A stretch of 64,000 nt of DNA from Zygnema circumcarinatum SAG 698-1b (taxonomy: Eukaryota; Plantae; Zygnematophyceae), in contig CM074810.1 in the NCBI GenBank assembly GCA_037447605.1, positions 806,001 through 870,000 of the forward strand, written 5' to 3'. The translations under genes were made by a program, and so were the position numbers. The notes under the pieces are model-generated. The model did not search any database. It was not told the origin of the DNA and worked only from the letters and a program-made list of their open reading frames with translations. Of this stretch, positions 1-12,709 are shown one piece after another. Each line of letters begins with the position of its first letter. Position 1 is the stretch's first letter.

Positions 1-2
1 GC

Positions 3-738
3 TTATCATATGAAGTTTTATGGCGGATGGCGTCTACGCAGCTTTCGTTAGGGCTAAGTGCCGTCATTGACACGCCACTGGCGCGTGAGGAGCTCTTCCG
101 CACCGCCTGCTTGCTCGCAGCAGACAATGGCGCTAAGGTGTTCGTGGTGGAATGCAGGCCGAAGGATGAGCAGGAATGGCGAAGGAGGCTGGAATTGAGA
201 GCACGGGAAGCAATGCAGAGTTACGAGGCTTCTCAGATGGGTGAAACACAAGGTACTTTTTTGTTTCGTCTCTCATATGGAGCTCTTCCTTTTTGTTGGT
301 CTCTGTACTTTCTGCAGCAATAATGTGACGAAATGAGGGGTTTTGTTCCATTCGTCAAAAGTGAAGAAAGCTGCAGAAAGCTGGTTGTGTGCTATTGAGA
401 ACGCTGGAAAAGAGTTTGCTCGATGAATGAAGTCTCGAAGAAGGAATGATTTGGAGCAAATGATTGGATTCGCCAACTGATAACAACACACTATTGCCAA
501 TGCAGAGAGTGATGAAGGGTGCAAGAGGAGTAGTAACCAAGCAGGCATGCTGACATGGCACAAACCTGCAACATGGACTGACATGCAAGAGCTGCTTGCC
601 AAGTACAAGGGCTGCTGGGAGTATGACATGGGGTCAATACCCCATTTGGTGCTTGACACCACGTTCTTGGGTCAAGAAGAAGTGCTGGAGACAGCATTAG
701 CTTGGCTATCCCCCCGGCTGGCCTCCACGTATATCTGA
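3..738 (+). CDS. AAA_33-type P-loop NTPase/kinase-like protein, 5' end outside the window (exons <3-252 and 506-738)
   Basis: The frame is open from base 3 (LSYEVLWRMASTQLSLGLSAVIDTPL...VVECRPKDEQEWRRRLE). A phase-1 GT-AG intron at 253-505 joins ...LTWHKPATWTDMQELL...YDMGSIPHLVLDTT. These motifs match the C-terminal half of the small plant P-loop kinase family as I recall it. The Walker A motif would lie upstream of the window. Confidence 0.8.
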
Positions 739-1759
739 TCAATTCTTGAAAACGCTGGTTATCTCTTTGCACATACATGCGCAGGGAGAGCGGGCTGTTT
801 CCTTTTGTTTTCCAAAGAAAGTGCGCACTCAACAGATTCGGTAAGCTTGGTAACAGAAAATTAGGTTCCATTGTTGTGTCATTTTCACGCTCGAGATATC
901 GCCTGAGTAGAGATAAGAGTGAGCCTGTTCGTTTGAATCTGAGTTCGTGTGACGTATCCCAGCCTTCTGCTATTTGCCTCGCAAAGTCAGGGTGCATATT
1001 CCCTAGCAATGGACACTGATCTGACGCACGCCGCACAAACCTTTTTGGTTCCATTTGTGACTAGTTGCAGGCAGAAGTGTTTGGTAATAGCAACACTGCC
1101 AGGAAATATTGCCTTTGTTAGTTTTATAAGGTGCTTATTGTGGCTTACCGTTGATCTGCAGGGCCTAAAGGAGGAAGCTCGCTTTGTCGTTCAGAAATAA
1201 TGTTTCGGGAGTCTGTGGCAAATGACGAGTTCTTTAGATCACCAATTAGAGTCAGCAAATTTTTATCTGTCTCCAGTAGGTTCTTGCTCCTGAACGTCAA
1301 CAGGCTTTAAACAACCTTGGACTACCCCTTCTGCAGCTTAACAGAACAAATGATTCTACGTTGATATGACAAAATGTGTTCAAGTCAATGTTTGAGCCAA
1401 TGTACCCCCCCCTAATTGATGATTCGAACTTTGAATCCAATGCAGGTACACACTTCGTTCTGTTTATCCCTACGAAATAACCAAATTCAGCTCATAGCTC
1501 TTTTCGTTTGTCCCTTAGGTCCTTTGTGACCGGTTCCTCCTGGTTCTCCACGTTGCTTTTTTCCATGTCCATTTCATGGCATCGCCACCGTGAGTTCAAT
1601 GCCAATTGATCTCTCTAAAAATGCTCAAAGGTGTTCAAAAGTGGTCCAAGGTGGTGCTCAGCAAGTGGCCTGCCCCAGCCCATAAGGTGAAGGCCAGTTT
1701 ACCAAGAGCACCCTTCTCAAGGCTGGCAAAGTGGGTTGTGGCCGTGTCCGTGTTCAACG

Positions 1760-1960
1760 GGTACCGTACCGTTCCACCCCCAGTAAAACTGCACCCAGTT
1801 ACGATAATGTTCCAGGTGCCCAGTTACGATAATGTTCCAGGTGCTCGTACAGTAACTGTACGAAAATATATGGCAGGTGTACTTTTGTACGGAAAAGTTG
1901 AGGCTCAGTGACCGACTGACCGCAGCGCCGACCGGCCGTTACGGTACGGAATGTACGGAT
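1760..1960. repeat. CCGTAC/GTACGG motif cluster containing an exact 25-bp tandem duplication (1794-1818, 1819-1843); possible transposon relic
   Basis: The unit cccagttacgataatgttccaggtg occurs twice. Several ccgtac/gtacgg motifs flank it. No terminal inverted repeat or TSD found. Confidence 0.45.
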
Positions 1961-2230
1961 AGGCCCATGAAGCGAATTCAGCGGGCAGTCATTTTTGTAA
2001 TAAAAAATGTTTCTCCACCATTGACCGAACGACACATGTAAAATAATGTTTTTTTCCTGCCCGAATGTTTCACATTCAGAGCTTTAGACACTCTTGAGTA
2101 ATAGAAATGTAAATAATAAAAACTAACGTTGGAGACGCTCCCAGGGAGGGAGGAGAGCTCGCAGGGCGCCATGGCTGCGGTCCTCGCGCCGCCCTCCCGC
2201 AGCTGAGGGAGCCACGAGGCGCCTATCTCC

Positions 2231-5200
2231 ATGTTAGGCTACAGCCTGCGCCATCGGGCAGCTAAGTACATTTCCCGCCGCCCGCGCGGGCTCCTTGTGG
2301 CCTATGGCCTCTGCTTTCTCCTCCTTCTCGGCCTCTTTGCAGAACTGCATAACTATGGCGGGAAGGTGGAAGGCGGAGTTCCCTCGGAGGGAATCCATGG
2401 AGGAAAACATGTATTTCTGGATCGCATCAGAAAAATGCCGTGGATGGCGCTCCAAATATTGACATCTGGCAGGGGAAAATGGGACAGGACGGGGAGGGAA
2501 GGTGGCAGAGAGGGAGGGAGGGAACCACTTGAGGGGGAGAGAGTAAGAGTGGGGGAGGGAGTGGGAGAGGGCGGGGGAGAGGGAGGCTATAGGAACCTGA
2601 GGGAAGGAGAGGATGCTCCTGCAGAAGTGGGAGGGAACGGGAGATTTAAACCTGCAGTTAACTTAATTGAAGGATGGACCCCCTCGGTTCCGACTGCCCT
2701 TTTGAGAAAGGGAATTGCTTATGAGGGGGATTTGCTCCGTATGGATAAATTTCTTCACAAGGTGCGCTTGTCAGGACAGAGTTCTAGCGCTGATTTAGAG
2801 TTCCGCACACGCAGAGTAGGTCGTGTACTTGAAGGGATGGAGAGGAGGGAGAGAGAGGGAGAGGGGAGGGACGGAGAGAGGGAGTGAGAGAGTACATGCA
2901 TGTAAAAGAATGGATTGATTGCATTTTTATCGCAGAGTGTGGTTGTTTGTCGCGAACATTAAAATAAGCAATGCTGCTGGGAGTGTGGTCAAGCTCGCTG
3001 CAAATCATGAGGGAAAACTTAGGTTGAATCTGTTCAAGTTTTGGTTGTTTTTTTTTTTTAAATACATGTACCTTTTTTTTTTTTTTTTATGGAAGGGGTT
3101 CGCAGGTCGCTGTAGAGAGGAAGGCGGTGACTGTGGTTGCACTGGGAAGCAGCTGCACTTCAGAGTTTGCTGGGAGAAAGGGGCCTCAGCTGAAACTGCT
3201 GAACCTGGACCAGGATGAGTTTGAAAGGTGAAGAAAGGCAAAAGCCTTGTTGATAGCTTGAGCGCAAGAGTTTTTTTTGACGCGAGGTTTATTTTTCATT
3301 TGTTAAGGAAAGGTGCACTACTTCATGCATTTTTACTCAATTAGGCGATTAATCATATACCTGTGACCCCCTTTTGGAGAACAGCGTTAGGGAATGAACA
3401 CGTTGAACAATTGTTTTTCGGGTACGCTAAATGGCGTAATAAGTACATTTGGAGCTTTTCTATGCTTCATGGACGAATTGTTAAACAAACGATAATGAAG
3501 TGTAAAACCATTGAGCTCCAGTTAAGGGTGCTAACGGCAGCTCTTCTGCTTACTCCTCCGCCTATGCCGGCACGTTTAGAATAATCTTCAAAAAGAGAAA
3601 TAGGGAATAGGATTCAGACACGGTTTATTTAATAGTTTATTCATGTTCTCCATGGACGGTCATTTCGCTGAAAATCTAGACGTCCGCTGTGTTGACCCTG
3701 TGGATGTGTAGAGTGCTATCCTGTACTTGTTAACGGAAAAACCACAATAGATCTGCCTTTTTATCGGGGAAATTAGCGCAAGGTGCTCTGCCACTCATGC
3801 AGTAGAATTCATTACACTCTAAATTCTGATAGGAGGCTACTTTAGAAGTGTGCCATGTACTCCCCTCTTGAAATCCTGAAGAGCGGATGTCGATCTTATT
3901 GATCTTTGGAGTTATGACAATGGTTTTGCCAATTCATGTCTGTCCAGTTTGAACTAGGAAAACAATTTAGGCAATCGACCGTACCATCAACAATCCCTAT
4001 GACGCTGCTCCCTTTCACTAAGAAACATTGGCAGTCTGCTGCCTTACCGATTCTAGTTGCAGCAATCTTACCCTAACAGCCAAAAAATGCTTTTGCGTAT
4101 GCACTGCTTGGTGTTGACCATCGTGTGAACGTCCCCTTCTACCCTTCGAATTGCCCCTTCATCTCGCACCCTTTTTTCTGTGTTGTTGTTTGAATTATGG
4201 CAGAGTGGTGAGCGCAGATGGGTGGCTGAGCTCGTCCCTTGATGCTTTGGTGAAGGCATATCCACCCATAGAGCCAAAGCGGTGGACAAATGGCAGCTCG
4301 GGATTGGTCGTTGAGGAGCCGTACTGGCTGATCAACCTCGGAATAGGCGGTGTTGGCCCAGGTTCTTGGGCTGCTTGCTTAGGGTATGAACCCATTGGTT
4401 TAACAAACCTATATTTGCAGATTGAAGTTGGGTGGTAATTGCTGAATTTCCTTAGGAATAGCAAATGAAGAAGTTCTGAATTGTACTTACATCTACAAAT
4501 GTTGCTTTTGGGGGTCTTTCCTCCAGGCATATGTATTTTGGAATGCTTCCTAAGGCGGTAGACCTTGTCGTGGTGGAATGGGCCCTTGCGGACAACAATG
4601 AGCAGTATTTGGAAAATCTTGATCGTGTGCTGCAGCACATGCTTCAAATGTGGGACCCCCCACCTGCTATCCTTTTCGTCAACTTCTTCTTTTGGTGCAG
4701 AGGCAACCTTTGGTGTGGTGGAGCCTCGGGGGTAACCTTCCGAACCCTAAAAGCTTGCCCAAGTTTGATTCCTTTATTTGCAACTTAATGGAAAGTGGAA
4801 CGAAACGATTCGAATTACTAGTGGTTATCTGGGGACATTGCTCTGCAGGTCGATCCTGTGAGTGGCAGGGAAAGTTGGGGTCATGGAGAGCAGCAGCAGT
4901 TGACGTGGAACAACATTGGAGTGTTTAGCTTCAGCTCAGGAGAGGGCAAGGGGGGGGGTTATGTGTTGGAGGACAACATCACAGTTCTCGCTCAGTACTA
5001 TGGTCTCCCTTCAATATCTATGCGAAATGCCTTCTTTACACTTGCCGCTCAAGCTGTGAGACCCATCACTTACATTCCCTCCGGGATTGTTCATCGGTCA
5101 TCATGCAATCTTGATATGGGGGGTCCATAGAAGTGAATACGAAACTAGTTCTTACATCTTTTTCTTATTTTTTAAGGTTGTTGGGGTTCAAAAGTCAGGG

Positions 5201-6334
5201 AAAGTGACAGGGCATGGGCAGTGGGCGTGGGAGGCCATGGATGATGCAGAGAGAAGGCTATAGACTGCATGATCAGATAGAGAAGAATGATAAGGGGCTG
5301 CATCCCAGCCAGGAGCAGGCGAAGGGCCGCTATGCAGATGTGCTTATCCACTTCTTTGCGCGCGCACTTTCAGGTATTCTCACGAACTTCAAAGGGAACT
5401 TACTAAATTACGTCAAAATTGAACTCTTTTTCGATCTTGTTGGCAGCTTAAAGAGCTGTGAGCTACCCTCACGTGATGAGATTTTGTTTAGTAACTCGAT
5501 AGTGATGTGGTTTGCACCTGTACCTTGTCGCCAGGTATGACGGAACGGAAGGCGAGTTCAGAGTCTGAAGATGCAGCCGATATAGAGAGTTCTTTGCTCG
5601 CTGTTCCGCCTCCCTTTTTTGCAAGATGGCGCCCTGATTTGTACGGCCGTAACCAAGCACAAACGCAGCTTTGCTATACGTATGAAACAAAGCTTGGAAG
5701 GGAGCCCCTTGTTCGACGAGCAGAAGGATTCAATTTTACGCGAGATCCTGATTCTAAATACCCCAAGCCCGGCTTCGGCACATGGACCGAAGGTATGACC
5801 ATTCGTGACTGTATGCATTGGCATAGTGAGAAGCTGAGAAAGAATATGGCGGTGAAACACACTCAAAAGTGGGGGGGAAGGAGTTGTGAGAGAGCAGAAA
5901 AGTGGAAGTAGAATCTGGATGGGTTTGGACTAATTCTCAGGTGAGAACGCTTCCATTTGTTACTTCTGTTTGCAGGAAGTGTGGTGGAGTTTGTCCTTGA
6001 CACAACTCCGAATGGCAAAGTTCTGCAACTCGACTCGTTGCATGATGCATCCACCCTGCAGGCCATGGTGGAGTTCAGGTATCTTGTGAGCTATGAGAGG
6101 ATGGGGGGGGTCCTGGTCTCCTGTGTGGAGGGATGCCGCTGTACGGATGCTCACATAGAGGCGACAATCGACCAGCATTGGTCCATCGCACAGTCACGCG
6201 TGATCCATGTCACGCAAGGTCCGCAGTGCGTCATTCGGCTGGTCAGCACGAGGAGTGAGAGGGGGTCGAAGTTTAAGATATTGAGCATAGCAACCATGTT
6301 TCAACCGCAGGAGGCAGTAAGCAGACAGCCATGA
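2231..6334 (+). CDS. Type II membrane SGNH/GDSL-like hydrolase or acyltransferase (multi-exon)
   Basis: Basic N-terminal tail plus hydrophobic anchor (LLVAYGLCFLLLLGLFA). Exon 3106-3227 gives block I VTVVALGSSCT in frame after the AAG|GT donor at 2761. Later exons give block II NLGIGGVG, block III VVEWALAD, block V NDKGLHPS, and a Cys-containing C-terminal domain (YLVSYERMGGVLVSCVEGCRC). Exons between 3227 and 4200 are not fully resolved. Confidence 0.75.
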
Positions 6335-7849
6335 GGAGGGGGTATGAGGTGTATGCGCTTTTTTTCCCGCAGGTTGTACTTTAATTTGTCCAAAGAGTTA
6401 GTCTTTCATTTGTTCACTTGTTTGATGAATCAATTTATGTCATATGGATCCATTCTCCCTTGCTTGATGAGTGATGGTGGTGGCAACTATTAGCCACCGC
6501 ATCGCTTACATTCTTTTTTTTTTATTAATTTTTTGATTAGCCACTTTGGCTTGGTTAGAAATAAAAGATGCATCGGCTAAGCAATAAAATTATTAAGGAA
6601 ATAAATGCCAACTAGACAGTCAATCCTAATTATATCGGCTGGTAATGCTTGACTTCTGAGTTGCATCGTAGTCACAATAGACACAAATAGATCAATTGTT
6701 TCGACAGTTCTGTCGAGCCATTGCAACCGCGCCAATGTCCCCCCCCCACTCTTCAACGGAAACTCCCAGCGATCCATCCCTTGACGCTAGTTCTGTCAGT
6801 ACCACCCTTGTCATATTTAAATTACTCAAAATAGTCCGTCGTTCAGGCACGACATCGCCACGACTGTGATGCAGTCTTACACTCAAATTTACCTTCGTAG
6901 AGATGTCAGTCAGAAATGTGACGCGATTGACAGTCAAACGACTACCAACGGGTACTTTTCGAGATAGGAAAATGGCATACTTTTGGTACTTTTCCCTTCA
7001 AAAAAAATCTTACACGCTATGGTCATACTCGTGGCTGCACATACATCACTGTAGCTGGTAACTGAAAGTGGGACTGAATCGAACAATTGGAAACTGTTCC
7101 CGTTCCCAGCACCTGTCCAGTTCCCGCAATAAGGCCATTCTTCTGCTGCCAAAGCCGCCTTTTTTTGTAACCAGTTTTCCACGACAAACCAGGTTTGCAA
7201 TTTTGCCCTCAAGTTCGGCAAGGCGACGGCCCAGGGCGGAAAATCCATTTGGCCTCGGGCGGCTGGCGCTCTGAGGCATCTGCCAATCGCAGACGACCAC
7301 GTATGATCTTGTCCACGTGGTCAACTTCTATTGGTCCACCTCACCAAATGTCCATTACCGGAACCCTGGGCTCCCCTGGGCTTCCATTGACTTTTTCCAG
7401 ATTTGACCACGTGTCGTCTAACGATTGGACGTCGTTTCGTGACGTGACAGCGCCCGCGGCCACCCGTACATTCGTACGTTCGTACGGTCCCTCCAAGCTT
7501 GGGCCGTTGGGTGTCCGCGAATCGCAGCCCCGTTCGCGCCGTTGTGCACCAATCACAGACCGCCACGTGGTGGCCCTTCAAGCGGAAGGCCCCTCACCGA
7601 CATTGGCACCGACATTTCGTTTTTTTGTGCGACCGCGCCGACATTTGGGGGCAAGTGGCGGGCCGGCGTGTCGGCGGCGGGGCGGGCAGCAGGAATAGTT
7701 TTCACCTACCCGGGGAGGGGTTCGACTACTCCGGAGCTGGCGTTACACGTGCGACTATGTTGTCTTCTGCCCGTCGGAGCGACGGGGACCCGTTGGGAGC
7801 TCCTGGCTCCCCTCGGGACCGCAGAGGGCCTCCACAGAGCCTTGGCAGG

Positions 7850-8393
7850 GGGGAGAGGGGGAGAGAGAGGGAGAGGGGGGGAGAGAGGGGGAGAGGGAGA
7901 GGGGAGAGAGAGGGGGAGAGAGAGGGAAAGAGAGAGAGGGAGGCGAGAGGGGGAGACAGAGCGGAGAGAGAGGGGGGGAGAGAGAGAGGGACGAGAGAGG
8001 GGGAGAGAGGGAGTTGCGAGGGTTAGGGAGGGAGTGCGGGAGAGGGAGGAGGAGAGCGAGAGTGGCGATAGGGTGGAAGAGAGAGTGAGGGAGAGGGAGG
8101 GTAAGCGGACGAGAGAGAGGAGGTTCGGGGAAAGAGTGTAAGTGGCGCAGGGGGAGAGGAAGAAGGAGAGGTGGGTGGGGGAGAGAGAGAAGGAGTGGGG
8201 AAGTGGAAAATAAGGAAAGGGAGGAGACGAGGGTAAAGTAGGAGGGAGGGAAGGAAGCGCGGCAAGTTAAACACGGAAGAGGAGTGAGAGGAGAAGGAGA
8301 GTGAGATGGAGCTGGAACAGGATAGAAATACGGGAATGGTGAGATAACAATTAGGGAGAGAAAGAGTGACGGTGAAAAAGAGAGAAAGGAGGC

Positions 8394-8428
<35 letters not shown>

Positions 8429-8520
8429 GAAGAGAGGAGGGGAGAGAGAGAGAGTGACAGAGTGACGGCGAAAAAGAGAGGGAGGAGGCGAGAGAGAGAG
8501 AGAAAGGCTCGATGGCGAGA
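7850..8520 (+). repeat. Purine-rich (GA/GGA) low-complexity tract upstream of the 8512 ORF
   Basis: Near-continuous G/A sequence; it generates spurious ER-rich and SL-rich ORFs on both strands. Confidence 0.9.
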
Positions 8521-10606
8521 GGCCTTGAAAGCTCGTCGGGACTCCTCGGGGAGGGCGGAGGCTTGTCGTGGCTTGGGAGGAAGAAGGTGGCCATGGCTAG
8601 TCATTCGGGTCCCTTGAACAGCGCTCTCTCGCTCCCCTTAAAGAAGAGAGAGGAAAAAGTAATGCAGGAGAAGGAGAGGGAGAGGGAGAGGGAGAGGGAG
8701 AGGGAGGCACCTTTCAACTGGCAGCGAATCTTGGCCCCACTTCCGGCCTCCGCTGTGCTTGAACGGCAAAATACAGTCCCGGAATCGAGAGGAGAGTCGG
8801 CTTCATTTTTCGGAAATGAAGAATTCGGGGTTCGGGAAGGGCAGTATTTGGAAGAGTATTCGAGAGATTCGGCAAAACTGGAGTGGAGGGGGAGAGCAAA
8901 GTCTGTGGGGAAAAGGGGAACTCATGAAGGCGAGGAGAAGGCGGTGAATTTCGAAGCTGCTTCCTTTGAACCGCAGAACCCAAAGCAGGCGAAGGAGGAA
9001 AAATTCGGCAAGTTTGGAGAGTTCGGATTAGGAAGAAGAGTGGAGGGAAAGGAGTCTAGTCAGAGGTGGAATGGAGGAGAGAAGGAGAATGAGGGGTTGA
9101 GCGAGCAGGCGATGTTTACGAGGTCTCTCACTGTTGGGAGAGAGCCTGTAAAGTTAAAGTCTCGCGGGAGTGAATGGGTTTCAAGAATAATTACAACTCG
9201 AGCAGAACTTAATCAGACTCAGACGAGAAACAAAAAAAGTTCGTCTTCTTCTTCTTCTCTCCCTTTGAAGGCTCCCTCTGCTGTCCCGCGAAATTTCGAA
9301 AAAAAGGACCGAAAAAAGTCAGATGAGGAGCAGAGTGCTGAGAAGAAGGCGGCGGCTGTAAAGGGGAATTCGAAGGTGGCGAATCTGTATGAGGAGGGGA
9401 AAGAAAGGGGGAGGAAAGGAGAGGATGACATTATTGATGTTGACTCTCCTATGGCTGTTTCGCTGCTTGAAAAATCGGAAGGAAAAAATTACAGACTTAG
9501 CAGGTCTCAGAATGGGAAGCAGCCGTTGAAAGGAATGCAGAAGGACTTGGATCGCTGGATGGACCTCGTAAAAAGTGAAAATACTTTGAGGAATTCTTCA
9601 CACACTGGAAAAAGTGGAGTTTCCCACGAAAGCACGATGGAAAATCAAGCTCATTCGTCTCATGCAGGAGCTTCTGAAGTGCAGCTAAACGACATTGAAG
9701 AACCGCAAGCGGGTGTGAGAAAGGGAGGGGAGAGAGAGGGAGAGGGAGGGGAAGTTAAATCAACAATGTTGTCGGAGAGTGGTGAGGGGGAGAAGAAGGA
9801 GAATGTGGAGGAGGGAGAGGGAGGGGGAGTGGGGAAGGAAGGGGTAAATGGAGAGGAAGAGGAGGCGGGAGAGGGAGAGGGAGAGGGAGAGGAAGATATT
9901 GCCCCTCCTTTCGGAGCAGCGGCTCGGGATCGAGGCAGTGGAGAAATCAATGCTCAACTCGAAGTGAAGCGACGAGGGTCCTTCAAGAAAACTGAAGTCC
10001 CTAAAACGATCTCTAGGCAGTTTGGAAAACCTCCTCCTCATACGTTCATTCCAAGCCAGTCAAAAGCGATCATTCCTTTGCCACCTGTTCCTGTTGGAAC
10101 TCATCGACGCTCCTTAAAGGGAGGGGATGAAGACTCTAATGTGAATGGAGGAGAAAGGAGGAAGTCCCCTTCTAGGCGCTACCCGCCGTGGAATGGAGTT
10201 GAGGAAAAAAGGAGTTTTTTTGAAGGAGGAGTAGTCACAACTGAGGGTGAGGAGAACTCTCCGCATGTCCTTAAGGTGAGCGTGAAATGGCGCTTGCTTC
10301 TGTTCTCGTTATCTGTTTCCATACTGCTCTCCCTGTTTGCAGCATGATGGTGCTTCCATTGTGGATCAACTTTTTGCTTGCTTCAAAAGTCTTCAACTTG
10401 CTCTAAAAGATGTCGGAATTCTCAATACTCGATTCTCAATACTCAATTCTCAATACTAGCTGTCGATTGGGCTGCAGTGCCGGAAGTGCGAGGCGCCACT
10501 TCTCGTGTTTCTGAAGGCTGTGAGGGAACAGAGCGAGGGGACGTGCAAGCTGCGCTGCGGGCAGTGTTCCTCCACTTCGCAGATGCGTCTAAAGAGACCT
10601 GTCTGA
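8512..10606 (+). CDS. Large Glu/Gly/Ser-rich disordered protein with a C-terminal CxxC-x19-CxxC zinc ribbon (resembles EDR4/zinc_ribbon_12)
   Basis: Long open frame 8512-10275 ending at donor AAG|GTGAGC. A terminal exon at 10460-10606 reads in phase LSIGLQCRKCEAPLL...CKLRCGQCSSTSQMRLKRPV*. KLRCGxCS resembles the EDR4-family C-terminal ribbon. True start codon is uncertain. Confidence 0.55.
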
Positions 10607-11137
10607 AAATGTGAGCGTTTGCAGTTCTGCTTGGACCGACTGCCAAGGTCACTGAATTAAGGTCTAGCCAATGTCTAAGTCAAAGGTTGATTAATAGCTG
10701 TTTTATGGTCTCACCAATTTCTGAATAAAGATTTCACCAATGGCTTGTCCAGATCTGACCAATCTGAATGTTGTCAGTGAGCATAGCCCCTTCCGTTTAC
10801 CCTTGAATTGGTTTTTTCATTTTTGGATGCAGCTGGATGAGCTTTATGATCTGGTTGTGTTTCGACCTTTTTGGGACCAAACGAAGTTGGTGACGAAGTT
10901 TCTTGATATAAACTTTATTGGAAAAGGCGTTGAGAAGCAGCAGGGCATGCGTTCCACTCTGTACATTAGCGGGCGGGTGCGGCCCGCAGACCTTCATGGA
11001 GAGCAAATCAAAAGCCGGGAGCAGCCGACCTCTCTGGAGGCCTCACATTTCCAGAGCGAAGCTACTCCCCTCTGCAGAGCAGTTTTTTTTGTTTTAAGTT
11101 CCGCCCGGGGCGTCACTTAGTGCCATGATGGGGTGGT

Positions 11138-11230
11138 TTTAGGGTTAGGCTTAGGGTTAGGGTTAGGGCTTTTTAGGGGTTAGAATAGGGGCTAAGGTTT
11201 TGAGGTTTTTGAAGGCTGTAAGTTTTTAGG
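11138..11230 (+). repeat. Interstitial telomere-like (T)nAGGG tract
   Basis: ttagggttagggttaggg at 11151-11168 within degenerate ttttaggg/ttagg units. Confidence 0.6.
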
Positions 11231-11360
11231 TTGGAAGCAACAAACCGAAGGGCCGGGAGGGTGCTGGCATCGGAGCGTTTTGTAATATTTGGTGCATTAT
11301 AAAGTATGCGTTCCAAATGCCTTCATGCATATATATTTTTCTATGAATTTCGTCCGCCAT

Positions 11361-11897
11361 ATGTTTTTGGGCGTTACGAGAAACATAGAATTGGAGAATG
11401 ACACATGCGAATGGGAGCTGCATGTCAACTGCATATTGAATTGGGCATGAGGCGGAGGTTTCATTATGAAGGGAGGGGTTTTATATGCTTCTGGCCCCAA
11501 AAAGACCCCATTCTCGATTTCCATGGCCTGTGAATGGTGAAAGAACATAGCGAATATTAGCAGAGGCTTTTCATAACCGTGGAAAGGAGGAAAACTGAGT
11601 CATCAAGGATATCAACTATTTTGGATCGAACGCTTCGAAGAGCGGCTGCAAGATGGCAAAGACGCAGATTCAAGACGAGTATTGTAAGATCCTGACAATA
11701 GTTAAGCAGAAGGGCCCTTTTCTAAAGTTTGCTGCATGTTCAAGCTAATGCAGCTTGCAAGGCACTAAAAGCGCATTAGAAATGCCTTCATCACCGCTTT
11801 CATCAACTGCTTCGATAAAGTTAAGGTGATGCAACCTAAAAGGACCACCGACTGACAGACTGATGTTATCTGTAAGCATGCACGAAACGACTAATGA
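11361..11897 (-). pseudogene. Eroded, internally deleted duplicate of 16425-19214 (oxidase 3' flank plus fragments of the fibrillin-like gene)
   Basis: Three colinear blocks: 11361-11493 ~ 16425-16566; 11493-11620 ~ 17390-17517, including the AMEIENGVFLGP exon piece and intron; 11622-11897 ~ 18928-19214. Intron sequence is retained. Confidence 0.85.
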
Positions 11898-12709
11898 CAA
11901 GACGGCTCTTCCACTTCAAGCAGGTTGGTGGGTTTGCACCAATGAACCGACCCAGAAAGGAACAGTTTGGAGGAAGTAGAATAGGGTGGTTCTGACGGCC
12001 AATGTGGGCCACAGTCTCGTCTCATGGGCATAAGTCTCGCCTTGTTATGTTATGTTTTTTTGTTTATTAAATAGGCAGTGGTTGATAGTGGATCGTGAGT
12101 GGGTTACAACTAGTGGCCAACTCCAATGCTGAATCTTTAAGAAAAAGACCTTCATGAATCTTAGCGACAAGGTTGAAATCGACCACTGTCCATCTGCCTC
12201 GTCCTTACCTCGATAAACGTCTTACGGCTGCGATTGCGCCACCGCATCCGCCCACAGATCTTGACCGTCCATTGGTATCAAAATGGGAAAGGTTCAAGCG
12301 ATAACCAGCTCGCCGGCCGGTCGCAGTCGTCCGATGGAGACCGCGCCGCCGGCCTTGCACGGCCATGCAGATGGCGGACTAAGCGAGCCGAGCGATTTGA
12401 TTGGCGGGCGGTTCCCGATTTGTAGTCCGATGGTTTTAAGGTCGTCGAGGAGTGATGTCTTTTTTTTTCTTTTTGGGGAGGGACGCAACTGCTGGTGGGC
12501 TGTCTCCACCTGGCGGACTCTTTTGCGAAGGATTAGGCAGACTTTTTTCTTTACTCGCCATTTCTGATGCAGCTGAATACTTGTCAGCTGCAGCAAGCTT
12601 TAGGAGAGCTTTCGTGGTGCTGATGCAAAGGAATTGAGTCTTTCCTCTTCAATGCAAAGACTCTTTCTATTTTTATTTTACTCTCTCTTTGTTATTTAGT
12701 TTGGAGTCA

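Noticed and set aside
7700-7745. GGTTCGA as a tRNA T-loop
   Set aside because: No matching T-stem, acceptor stem or D-arm could be folded.
7499-8617. Overlapping ER-rich and SL-rich ORFs on both strands
   Set aside because: Products of the GA-rich low-complexity tract; no domain motifs.
11361-11897. Processed (retro) pseudogene
   Set aside because: It retains intron and intergenic sequence, and the deletions do not coincide with splice sites.
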